Notes under the pieces: generated by a model
The model's database searches: none
Told to the model about the DNA's origin: nothing
What the model saw: only the letters and a program-made list of their open reading frames with translations
Assembly: GCF_001194135.2 (NCBI RefSeq)
Contig: NC_068999.1
Location: 13,645,766 to 13,709,765, forward strand
Reading direction: 5' to 3'
Length of the DNA: 64,000 nt
Source: Octopus bimaculoides
Lineage: Eukaryota
Shown here: piece after piece, positions 13,290 through 24,809 of the stretch
Layout of the letters: each line of letters starts with the position of its first letter
Numbering within the stretch: the first letter of the stretch is position 1
Made by a program: the position numbers and the translations under genes

Positions 13290-14620
13290 GGGAAATCAGT
13301 AAAATACATCAAATCAAGCTGGAAATCTGTGAAACTATAACGGAAGGTGGAAACGAAGGACTGAAAGAGATAAGAGGAATGGACACTAGATGAAACGATT
13401 ATACAGGAAGGAGTATTTGGGGGTGAACTCGGCATGTCCTCCAATCGAAGCTAACTGGCCGTTATGCAATTAGATCAATTGACACGTGGGCGGTTGCTTT
13501 GATGAAATATAAGGCAGGAATAGTATCTTGAAAGAAACATGTACTACAAGCGATATACCGGAGAACACGTAAATTATCTTCACTCCAAGAGCGGTGTATC
13601 AAGAGTGGATGTAAAAGGAGAAATCGAGGGCGGGGATTAGTGTGTTGTGAAGGTTTTGTAATGGGAGAGAAGATTTGCCTGGCTTGGTAAGTCAAGAGGA
13701 ATACAGAAGAAATGATTGAAGCAATGAACATGCAGAGAACGTTAAAAGTCAACGATGACGGAGATCCAACACAATTTAAGACAGACCAGAGAGAACAGAC
13801 GAAGAAAATTTTACAGGATTAGAAGATGCACAGTTAGTTCTTGAAGAATAAAGAAGCGATTAATTGGAATAGAACCTGGCAATGGCTGTAGAAAGGAGAC
13901 TTAAAAGGGACACTGCGGCATTAATATGCAGCGCTGAAGAACAAGCTCGCAGAACAAACTGGTCCCAAAATCACATTGACAAAAGCACTGATTCGACAGT
14001 GTAGGATGTGCTTAGAGAAGGGGAGAAAGTATAAGCCATATTGGCAGTGAATGCTGTAATGTCGCACAGTGCGAATACAGAAGGAGAAATGACAATGTGG
14101 CCAGGTACATCTACTGGATGTCGTGCAGTAAGGCAAATCTCGAAAGAGCCGAACAATGGTATGACATCAAGGCACAAGGAGTAATGGAAAACGGACATTA
14201 CAATATACTCTGGCATTTTAACATGCACTACGAGCAAGTTATAGATATCGTTCTCATCCATAAATATAAAAAACGAAGTAAAGATAATAGATGTTGCAAT
14301 AACAGGCGATTCGAGGGTGAAGTATAAGGAAACAGAAAAGATTGAGAAATAGCAGCCACAGCACGTGAGATACGGAAGTTATGGGGTATGAGGAAAGTAA
14401 TGGTGACACCGGTGGTAATTGGAGAATTACGAGTAGTTTCCAAGGGTTTTGAAGACATATTAAGTATATTAGAGCTGCTTCCAAACTCAAGGTGATCCAG
14501 AAGACAGCATTGATAGGTACAGCTCGCATTCTAAGGATAGTATTTTCTCTTTGAGTCACAGGAGAAGGCACTTCTAGAAATCTTTGGTGATTTTTCTGCT
14601 TTCCGTGTGAATCATGACAT
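13290..14620 (+). mobile_element. R4/Dong-clade non-LTR retrotransposon, 3' portion (post-RT region, CCHC, RLE)
   Basis: AIRSIDTWAVALMKY; AALICSAEEQARRTN; a decayed C-C-H-C knuckle (RMC.....ES.SHIGSEC...EYRRRNDNVARYIYW); ILWHFN; IIDVAITGDSRV; VTPVVIGEL; IQKTALIGTARILRIVFSL*. Confidence 0.88.
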
Positions 14621-14653
14621 TTCTGTTATTATGCCTGATGGAATTAACTCGAC

Positions 14654-14896
14654 TCATTTTGTTTCACAATGAACAGGGCTCAACTCTCTTGCAGCTTTAG
14701 AAATTATAATCTTAGTTTCCTTGCAGTCAGAAGTAGAAGTTAATAATTCTCTCATATATTTATTCTTTCTAAAGATCACAATAGGCGGCTGATGAAATAT
14801 ATGTTTCAAACGAGGATTTTTTTTTCCCGCTGCATGCTTGTAATGTTCATGCAACACTTTTGAAATGCCAGCGAAATTTCGCTGCCACTGAATCAC
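14654..14896 (-). mobile_element. Penelope-like linker fragment
   Basis: LKHIFHQPPIVIFRKNKYMRELL resembles the PLE linker motif L..IF..PP.VAFRR.KNLRDLLV. Confidence 0.65.
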
Positions 14897-16634
14897 TAAT
14901 GAATTATGTCACACATTGTACCAGGCGATGGGTTTCTCCATGGGAAACCTGTGGCAGTTAATGCCGCGAACCCTTTCATGACAAAAGTCGCGACACAATT
15001 ACTGAAGACATTCAAGTCCCTACATGGTCATGAAACAATATTCTAGTTACAGTTCACTGATGCCGTCTCTTTTTTGTAACCTAGGTATTCCCTCATGGGA
15101 GAGCGAAAGTCAACACAGAATAATAATGGATATCTCCTAGCGAGTTTATTTGTACTTTCTATTTTATGACAGATAAACAAAGGATCAGCATAAAATAAAT
15201 GTGTATTACGCAGTTACATGATCGCATAGATAATATAGTTCTTGGTAGGATCCAATAGTAGACTCAAATGAAAATTTTGCGATGACAATACAATGTAGGT
15301 AGTAGTGGGGAGTAACCGGCTCCATTTATGAATAGAAAGTTAAGAATGTTTGAGTGGGATTATATACAAAAATGTAAAGGAAATGCAGAAAGATAGATAG
15401 ACTAGAATAATTTGCTCAGTAGAATGGGGGCATCGTTTGTCGAAAGAGATTAGGGGATGTATCGTCATAAACAGATAGATAAGGGATGAAAAAATAGTAC
15501 ACTTCAGATACTTTCATCCTCTCGCTGACAATCATATTTGGTCAGAGGTCTAAGTTGATAAGAGCAGAATGGTTGGGGCATGAACGGTAATAAATTGGTT
15601 GTAATAGATAATAAAGATCTCGAATTGACGTGAGCATTATATGACTAGATATGAGGGAGATTATAATGATTCTACAATAGATGCCCATACTATTACTTAA
15701 AATTTAAATATTTGTAGTGATAGCGAAAATGTAAGCTAGTTAGAAAGAGAAACATTGTATGAGGTGAGCATTTTAACATAACAATAATAAAAGATGTTTT
15801 TTCCTAATGTCCAGTTGAGTGAAATTATAGTGCCAGAGATGAATCTAATATAGAAATAATGGTCAATAGAGAACAGTTACTACAGTAAATACGTGAAGAA
15901 ATCTGGAAAGTTAAATCAATTATATATATATCAATAACCAATCTCAACATCCATAAACGTGACAAATGAGGGCCTTGGGGTGTTCACTTAAGTGCATTCC
16001 ATTAATTAAGTGCATTCGATTAATTATAATCGAGGTGGGGAGCGGAAATACGAATTGATGGCAAAAATGCTAGGATTGATGGCAAAAAATTTAAAAAAAA
16101 TAATACGTAGTGGAATAATTTGTAAGACCAGGTTACGTAACTTTATGTTATTGAATGTATCATAATAATTTACATGTAACACCACCCTTCGTGAGCAGTA
16201 ATAACAAAGTCGATTTTTTTTCGGACAGTGCATTATTTTATTTTAATTTATAGTTTATATTAAATGCTTCAGATGTTTCGAAAATGCGCTAGCACAACGT
16301 CTTGCATACTTTCCTGGAAAAACGTACTTAGTGTTGTAGTTGCTGGAAGCATATCAATTCTATTGATTTTGATGCTGTTGATATTACCGCTATCATAATT
16401 TGGTGCACTCTGTTTTTAATGTAATCATTCAGAAAATGTATATACTTTTGATAGTTTGCAAAATTATATTTGTAATAGTAGGTTGTAATTTAACAATTAT
16501 TCACATTGCATATAATGGTAAAACGGGTTGGGGGATGAATATGTATTAAAAGCTTAGTCATTACAATTTTAATATTTTTAGCAGGTTCTACGAGATACGT
16601 ACACATTTAAGCCAGACTACTCTGAAATACTTAC

Positions 16635-16686
16635 CAGAATTTTCGGAACGCATGTGTCTCTTCTAAGTATATTTTGAAATTTTCTT
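16635..16686 (-). CDS. Candidate 52-nt internal exon (xENFKIYLEETHAFRKFW)
   Basis: Acceptor ttatttcag, donor CTG|GTAAGT, open frame phase 1 to 2. No homology recognised; could be chance. Confidence 0.22.
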
Positions 16687-17130
16687 CTGAAATAAATCGA
16701 GATTTATAATCAGATTCCGTTATTTAAACAAGAGTTAATAGCCTAGGGAAACAATGTGAATCAATACAATGGAAGTTCCATGATTGATATGAAACTTCCT
16801 CCTGTAGATGCATATGTCAATCTCACTGTAGCTAATTTGTAGAGCCTGAATGAAATATGAAACCTTCACCTTAAACATAATAAATATTCCACAATCATTC
16901 ATCATTCTATAACGTGATTCAAGTTTTGTTTTCAGATGTTATAGCATGTGTGAGTACGTAAATGTACAAATAATAACACACAAATGCATACACACACACA
17001 CACACACAGAGACAGAGATACGCATATATGTATGTATATATACGCATATATGTAATGTATGTATGTATATATATATATATATATATATATAACTATACAT
17101 ATATATTTATATATGTACATATATACATAT

Positions 17131-17295
17131 AGGTGCAGGAGTGGTTGTGTGGTAAATAGCTTCTTTGCAAACTACATGGTTCCGTGTTCAGTTCCACTGC
17201 GTGGTATCTTGACAGAGTGACTTCTACTATAGTGCCCGGCCGACCAAAGCCTTGTGAGTGGATTAGGTAGACGGAAACTGAAAAAAACCCATATA
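17131..17295 (+). mobile_element. tRNA-derived CORE-type SINE (Octopus-like)
   Basis: aggtgcaggagtggttgtgtggtaa...gttcagttccactgcgtgg...cttctactatag...ggccgaccaaagccttgtgagtggat...gacggaaactga, followed by a TA/TG tail. Confidence 0.85.
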
Positions 17296-17361
17296 AATAT
17301 ATATATATATTTATATATATGTGTGTGCGCGTGTGTGTGTGTGTGTGTAGATAAAATAAAA

Positions 17362-18260
17362 CTGCCTTTCCTCGACATTTGAAGGAGGGCGACGGGCCAA
17401 TCACCACTACAGCCTCATCCCACAAATGGATCCGTTCCAACCGTGACATAAGCCGTTCAATATAAACCCACAAATCAGCAACGTCTGGACACTGAACGAG
17501 TGCATGAAGAACGGTTTCGTGAATTTACGCTCCCTTTGGACAATTCTATAGGCACCTTTGTGCCTAAAGAATTTATCTCGAGCCGGAAAACAATACCGAA
17601 TAACAGTACCGGGCCAAGCATATCTGGAAATTAAACATGATAGTTCCTGACCTGTGAGTTCTCCGGAGCCTAGCCAGTTCATCTTAGTTGGCACCCGGCG
17701 TTTCCTCAAAAACGTAATAGCACTTCCCTGCCTCTAATCATCTACAAATTTCTAATGCAGGACATCCTACGATCCCATTGCCCGACTGGCAAAGCACTCT
17801 GAGCGGCTCACAATATTCCAGCTGCCAAGTGCTTAGTCTTGTGTTTTTCATCACCCAGAACTGCATCACCCTTACGGAGACGACCTGAATAAGCAAGAAC
17901 CTTAAAAACGGAGCAAACATTTGCCCACCATCAACAAATCGTTACAGATGGTGTAAAACATTGTCAGCGTTTTTCCCTCGGCAGTGTCACCACACCATTG
18001 CTATCAGTACTAGGAATTCTCCTGGTCTTTTGCCAGTTGCGGAAGACGTCTGCCAAGAGATCGCCAAACATATCAGGAATACTAAATAGAATACATAGAG
18101 AAGCACATCGAAACAGGGCGATCTGCGATTTCTGTAATCGCTGATCTTCTCCCCGCTGTTATCCGCTTTTCACATAACCTCATATCAGCTGACGAGAGCC
18201 TTGGTAAACCGTTCAATTACGAGCTAAATTCCAGTACCGTCGTCGACTCATCACCCTGTC
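17362..18260 (-). mobile_element. L1-clade (Tx1-like) retrotransposon remnant, internally deleted
   Basis: GLPRLSSADMRLCEKRIT; SIPDMFGDLLADVFRNWQKTRRIP....GVVTL (pre-RT region); FPARDKFFRH; CPK...ETVLHALVQCPDVADLWVYIERL (C-terminal CCHC). No RT catalytic core lies between them. Confidence 0.75.
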
Positions 18261-19281
18261 TATATATATATATATATATATNNNNNNNNNNNNNNNNNNN
18301 NNNNNNNNNNNNNNNNNNNNNNNNNNNNNNNNNNNNNNNNNNNNNNNNNNNNNNNNNNNNNNNNNNNNNNNNNNNNNNNNNNNNNNNNNNNNNNNNNNNN
18401 NNNNNNNNNNNNNNNNNNNNNNNNNNNNNNNNNNNNNNNNNNNNNNNNNNNNNNNNNNNNNNNNNNNNNNNNNNNNNNNNNNNNNNNNNNNNNNNNNNNN
18501 NNNNNNNNNNNNNNNNNNNNNNNNNNNNNNNNNNNNNNNNNNNNNNNNNNNNNNNNNNNNNNNNNNNNNNNNNNNNNNNNNNNNNNNNNNNNNNNNNNNN
18601 NNNNNNNNNNNNNNNNNNNNNNNNNNNNNNNNNNNNNNNNNNNNNNNNNNNNNNNNNNNNNNNNNNNNNNNNNNNNNNNNNNNNNNNNNNNNNNNNNNNN
18701 NNNNNNNNNNNNNNNNNNNNNNNNNNNNNNNNNNNNNNNNNNNNNNNNNNNNNNNNNNNNNNNNNNNNNNNNNNNNNNNNNNNNNNNNNNNNNNNNNNNN
18801 NNNNNNNNNNNNNNNNNNNNNNNNNNNNNNNNNNNNNNNNNNNNNNNNNNNNNNNNNNNNNNNNNNNNNNNNNNNNNNNNNNNNNNNNNNNNNNNNNNNN
18901 NNNNNNNNNNNNNNNNNNNNNNNNNNNNNNNNNNNNNNNNNNNNNNNNNNNNNNNNNNNNNNNNNNNNNNNNNNNNNNNNNNNNNNNNNNNNNNNNNNNN
19001 NNNNNNNNNNNNNNNNNNNNNNNNNNNNNNNNNNNNNNNNNNNNNNNNNNNNNNNNNNNNNNNNNNNNNNNNNNNNNNNNNNNNNNNNNNNNNNNNNNNN
19101 NNNNNNNNNNNNNNNNNNNNNNNNNNNNNNNNNNNNNNNNNNNNNNNNNNNNNNNNNNNNNNNNNNNNNNNNNNNNNNNNNNNNNNNNNNNNNNNNNNNN
19201 NNNNNNNNNNNNNNNNNNATATATATATATATATATATACATACATACATATATATGTATGCCGTATGCCTATATATATGT

Positions 19282-19319
<38 letters not shown>

Positions 19320-19489
19320 ATACAAGCATGCATTCACGCATACACGCATACAGATATACACATACGCACATATATATGTGTGTGTGTGTGTGTGTGTGTA
19401 TATGTATGTATATATGTATGGATGTCTCCTCTTTCAATGTCTCACATCAGCAATGCCATCAGTCGACTACTCCGGCAAGAAAAAAATAA

Positions 19490-19790
19490 CTGCATCATTA
19501 ATGAACTTAATTGAATGGCAGTCATTATAATATCATCAGTCCATTAATGTTTCGCCGGTATACTGACGTGAGACTTCGCATTGATAGCTTAATTATTCGC
19601 ATCAATGATGACATCCGTTTCAGAAATTGGTCTATAATATTTATTAAACTTGTCAACGACTTTGTTTTTATTATTAGCACAATTTCTTCTTCTCCTATTT
19701 TCGGTGCTCAATTTTCCTGCCAGTCTGAGTTGTATTTCATCTGATACACCCGCATCAAAATCGTTAGCCGTGTGAATAGGAGACGAGTTA
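19490..19790 (-). mobile_element. Possible PLE GIY-YIG fragment
   Basis: LSYQCEVSRQYTGET resembles IY.I.C..C...Y.GET; short and degenerate. Confidence 0.35.
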
Positions 19791-19837
19791 TATTTATAAC
19801 AGAAATAATATGAAGAAGATTACTGATAATATGCACA

Positions 19838-19852
19838 AAACTGCTGCTGCTG

Positions 19853-19936
<84 letters not shown>

Positions 19937-20004
19937 AAAATAGTTATACTAATAATAATAACAATAATAATAATAACAACAACAACAAAAACAACAACAA
20001 CAAC

Positions 20005-20079
<75 letters not shown>

Positions 20080-20214
20080 GAGCACCACAGCAAACCACAA
20101 CACAGCACATACCCAAGGCGCACAGAGCTGCGTTCCGTAGTGAAGTGAAAGCACGTTATAAAAATAAAACTTCTGAACAATAATAATAATAATAATAATG
20201 ATAATAATAATAAC
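19838..20214. repeat. Compound (GCT)(ACT)n-(AAC/AAT)n microsatellite containing a 100-bp insert
   Basis: Direct reading. Confidence 0.95.
20079..20178 (+). mobile_element. Probable 3' UTR-only copy of an R4/Dong element inserted in (TAA)n
   Basis: Unique 100-bp segment flanked on both sides by AAT repeats. It shares CCCAAGG-Y-G-Y-AC with the 3' UTR of the Dong copy at 22958-23251. Confidence 0.55.
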
Positions 20215-20889
20215 AAGAGAGAGCATCAACTCCGTGCTGAATAACTGCTCACTTCCTCCGCGCCGAAACGCGTCATAGATGTGCTACACCGAGCTCCTCA
20301 TTCAAAAAATAATTCTAATCTAATAATGTTGTTGGAATGGGATAAACGAACCTGTGGAAGACTTGAAGGAAACGGTGTTTTAACGAAAATAACCATAAGA
20401 ACGAAATTTTACTGTCATACATTTTCTCCCATGCACGACGTCTTAATAAACTTGTGCTAAAGGCAGATGTGAAATCAACAATCTGAAATCTTACAAATTA
20501 TGAAATATAAGTGGAACAAGACAGTAACTACGCAAATTGATTAATTCTGCATATACTCGAATATCTACACAATCACATATATATTATCATGCACCTAGGA
20601 CTACAGATACATCCCAATGTTTACACAGCTAAGTGAAATTTACTGGATACACATACACGCGTATGAAAGAACATGTTGCAAACCAAGGAAAGGAAGAAAT
20701 AACAAAACAATTGTTTTTGAACTAACACACAGTGAACAATTCGTATGCCTAAATCACAATAAAATGATATGTCCGAAAATAAATCTGTCAACAAAAAATT
20801 ACAGACGAACACATTTGTTAGCCTTAAGAAGGTACCTTATGATAAAGGTTTTTTTTTTTTTTTCAGAGAAATCCGTGGTGGTGTCTCAA

Positions 20890-21940
20890 AAAGTTAACCC
20901 TAAAGAGACCGAAAGTTCCCCTAATATCAACGTCCTATTTCGTCATGCCTCTATGATAACAAAGCAGAATACAAAGCGTATGGGCAGTCAAACGTGTCAA
21001 CAAGGGCCCTACACTCCAGTGAGGAACCAGACTGCGTGCGAAAGATCAGCTGCTATTTCAAATCTTCATGAAACATAGCAGCTACAAGTACTCCACAACT
21101 GGAACATTCCTACAGATGGCCGTCAAATACCCAACAGAAAAAAGAATGAAAACTGGTCTAGGGGAGGTAATAAAGAACTTTTAATGTCTACTTTGATGCC
21201 AAGTATTTTTCCATAAACAAATCTAATACTGAAAAAAACCCACCTAAACTGGTGACAGGCACTTTGAAATAAGATCTTACATAGAGGGTAACAAATTTGC
21301 CAACGTCAGAAGAAACATTATGAAAAAGAAATTACTAACTGAAGTAGAGTTTGATGAAATTAAACAATCAACAAGGGATAAAGCGAACGAAGCTGATGCT
21401 AAAGAAAATACGACAGAGGAAAAAATTATAGACCAACCCAGGTCTGATGGAAATGCAGTAACAGTAGAAAGATTCAAAATGAAATACTTTCTGAAACAAC
21501 CACAAACCCTAAGGCAGATGAAAATCAGATAGATGAAGAAAGTCACACAAAAATTGACCCAACTGATATAGATGATCTAAAAAAATCAAATCAACATTGA
21601 ATGGATGAAAATGAAAGGAACCAGTATGAATGAACGTGATACTCTCCCAAAAATGTGCAACACTAAAGAAAACCTGAAATGTTTTCGTAAACTCCATCTT
21701 GCACTCAGGGATATAATTTCAGCTAATAATATAGTTAATACAGACCACAACTACCTGTACTATTCATCAACGAAGATCTCAACGATTCTATGTCGTGTAA
21801 AGATTAGAAAACAAGGACAGCCTACTTGGCTTGAGCGTATTCAACACCAAATTCAGCTAAGTAGGTCCAAGTAGAATATTTAAAAACCCTAATACGAAAA
21901 CCAAATTTGACATCGATACCAGCATAGAAAATATTGAAAG
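20890..21940 (+). mobile_element. R4/Dong-clade element, 5' UTR and N-terminal ORF remnant
   Basis: WSRG.NKELL; NKFANVRRNIMKKKLLTEVEFDEIKQ; QPTWLERIQHQIQLSR. These resemble the R4/Dong N-terminal region as recalled from family knowledge. Confidence 0.65.
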
Positions 21941-22090
21941 TTTCACTCATGTTTCTTATGATAAATGTAGTTGTTGCACATTTATCAAGGCCAAATTCCC
22001 TCCTGATATCATCACTGAAGTGTTTAACTAGTAAGCCCCGTGGTTGTCGTTCATTTTTTACCAAAGAGCTTTAAATCATCATTGTAAAAG
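21940..22090 (-). mobile_element. R4/Dong RT catalytic-region fragment, inverted
   Basis: DDLKLFGKNERQPRGLLVKHFSDDIRREFGLDKCATT resembles (YM)DDLKL....VK.FS.DI.MEFGLDKCA. Confidence 0.85.
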
Positions 22091-22649
22091 GCATAATTTA
22101 TATTTTTATCAAACATTTTATACATCCTCGAGAAATTTCGAGAGAGGTGTTAAGGCGAGATAAAAGAGATGTGGGGGTACAGAGTCACCCTGGAAAGTGT
22201 CATATGAAATTCGTACATTTCCGGTAGTGAAAGATTCGTTGTCACTGTTCAAAAGGAGTGTGGTTCTCCATGATCACATACTTACAGACAAGAAGTTTCG
22301 CAGTATAGGAGCTATTTCATAAGTTTCGAAACAGTTCAATGCGGTCGAGAATGGTTCGATTGAATTGGCCTGCCCTGTGCCTACAACTATAATTTGCAAA
22401 TAGGAAAGGAAAAGTTTTTTTTTTTCCGAGATCAGCCCTCGGACGTCTCTTCCCTATCAAGAATTACACATTCTTGATTTCTTCCTTTCTTTTTAATTTT
22501 GGTAGACTTGTTTACACGAAAATTGCACACAGTAACACGCACTCACACACTAACGCAGGAATATTCTTTGCTTTGTCATGTAGCGTCCATAATGTTTTTT
22601 TCTTAACGTAAAAACATTGGGTTAGTAAATAAATCATTATTATTATTAT

Positions 22650-22872
22650 AATTGCCTTTGCACATCTTCTACCGCTGGAGATGTACTACAGTGTCAGCTG
22701 TTTACTACCAGTGAACTAAGGTAACACGTCTTATTTTTCGAGCAAGTGCTGCACCCTTATTGCAGACCCTATTTTTTTCCAAGTACTTCTCGATATTCTT
22801 GCTCATTGTTCCCTAGGCCCCAACAATTATTGGTACTACTGCTACCTTTTTCATCGAGCAAAACTGCTTAAC
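22650..22872 (-). mobile_element. 5'-truncated R4/Dong 3' end (variant A) with TAA tail
   Basis: SMKKVAVVPIIVGA*GTMSKNIEKYLEK/IGSAIRVQHLLEK*, then about 80 nt of UTR and a (TAA)n tail. A (TAA)n array also lies upstream. Confidence 0.8.
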
Positions 22873-22903
22873 TTATTATTATTATTATTGTTATTATTAT
22901 TAC

Positions 22904-22957
<54 letters not shown>
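22873..22957. repeat. (TTA)n microsatellite between two Dong 3' ends
   Basis: Direct reading. Confidence 0.97.
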
Positions 22958-23249
22958 GTCGTTTTTTCTTGTTTCTTCAAATTTTCTTCCATTTCTCACA
23001 AAGGATTTTTCCGTACACCTTGGGCAGAGAACCTCATTGTATGCATTCCCAGTTTACACACGCAAATTCACAGGTAAAATATGTATGTAAAAAAAAAAAA
23101 AAATAACAAGTAACAAAATTCATGAATGGATGCTGTTTTTGCAGCGATAATGCTCTTCTCAGTACATGAGGCGTTCCAGTTAACACGATTTTTTGTACTT
23201 CCTCTAGTGATGGTAGGCCTGGCATCATTTCCAAATAGGTTTCAGTAAC

Positions 23250-23251
<2 letters not shown>
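22958..23251 (-). mobile_element. 5'-truncated R4/Dong 3' end (variant B) with TAA tail
   Basis: TYLEMMPGLPSLEEVQKIVLTGTPHVLRRALS (RLE C-terminus, QK..L.GTA.ILR motif), then a 3' UTR. Both ends abut TAA repeats. Confidence 0.85.
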
Positions 23252-23307
<56 letters not shown>

Positions 23308-23322
23308 NNNNNNNNNNGCAGC

Positions 23323-23384
<62 letters not shown>

Positions 23385-23398
23385 CAGCAGCAGCAATG
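23252..23398. repeat. (TTA)n, 10-bp gap, then (AGT)n(AGC)n compound microsatellite
   Basis: Direct reading. Confidence 0.95.
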
Positions 23399-24762
23399 GG
23401 AGCAGCAGTAACAACAGCAGCAGTGCATGTATGATATTGTAGCGTAGCTGATATTGTTGATTGATTCCTAAAGAGCCCTATGTGTGATATTTTTGTCAAG
23501 TGTGATGAATGATATTTAACTTCACCTGTTTGGCTTGAGAATTCACAAATTACTCATAATATCAAACACTATCAACTAAAAATATGTGCTATATAGAAAA
23601 CACGAATTAGAAATACCGAAGCTTGTCGTCTGATTGTGTGTTTTTGTTTGTTTATTGTGAATATGTACATGACTGTGTGCGTTTGTATGTGTATTCACGT
23701 TAGCGTTGGTAGCAGATTTTGACCCAATTTGATTATATTTGGCAGTGATATAATTGAACATATGCTGCAAAAAGCCTATGGGAAATCAGGTGAGTAGTAA
23801 CAATTTTATGTCTTTGCGTCTTGCTTATGAAGTTCTCAGGTTGTGCATAATGAAACAAATCAGATTTCGCTGTTATTGATAACATTGTTTTCACTTCAAA
23901 ATATATATATTTTTTTTTTTGTCTGTATTTGCTTTCCTTCTCTCTCCGTCACTCTTTCTTTCGCTATTTTCTTTTTCGGTGTACTAAATGATAAACTGTT
24001 TCCTGGTCATTCATTATCAGAAGCAAATTTGTGTTTGATTCACATCTGGAAGTATTTCGTTCCAATTGTATTAAAGCTATTATGTGAAAAGTTGTGGGAA
24101 TTGTTTTATAGAATGTGATTTAAGCACAAGTCAATCTTGAGCCAGGAATTAAAAACAGCTCGAATAGAGTATATTTTTATTTTCACACGTATTGTGAGAT
24201 GGAAAAACAAAATACGAGTGAAAGGTGGCATTATCTAATGTACTAATTTATACAATATATATTTCGTAAAATTCTACAGGTGTTTCATAAGGCTACTTTT
24301 TCGTTTCTTCATGTCTCGCATAATATCTATCGTTTCACACCTATTCGCTGACATCAGAAATGAGAGAGAGAGAGAGAGAGAGAGAGACATGAAACGATGT
24401 CTTGCGGTGTGATTTTATCTTTTACTTGATTGAGGTCTATTGACATTGAGGTTGATGTAACCCTATATTCTCACAACAACAACATTATGACTTCCATATT
24501 CACTTTTGGAGATTTAAATCTAATACATCGTTTCTTTTTATAAATCACGTTTACAGTCGAATATGTATAATAAATATATAATTATATAAAATACAACTTC
24601 ATGTACTTCACAATGCTGTATTAAAATAGTAAACGTTAAGACATAAAACAAGAGAAAACATTAGGACCATTTATTTCCCTGTTGCTGCGGGTTGGTAAAC
24701 GATATGCAGTTTTTCGCAGTGGTACAGATGATAATTAGGGTCGCCAGGTGTATATATCACTT

Positions 24763-24809
24763 GATGCGGGTAATAATCCACAGGATGCGGGTAATAATAC
24801 ACAGGATGG
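24763..24809. repeat. 21-bp tandem duplication (2 copies plus partial)
   Basis: gatgcgggtaataatccacag / gatgcgggtaataatacacag / gatgg. Confidence 0.9.

Noticed and set aside
19520-19565. Minus-strand GAAAC...CTGATGA
   Set aside because: There is no room for stem I and no stem II; it coincides with the GIY-YIG-like YTGET codons.
20240-20290. CTGAATA...GAAACGCGTC hammerhead-like text
   Set aside because: It has the palindromic GAAACGCGTC, but the core is not CUGANGA and no convincing stem I or stem II can be formed.
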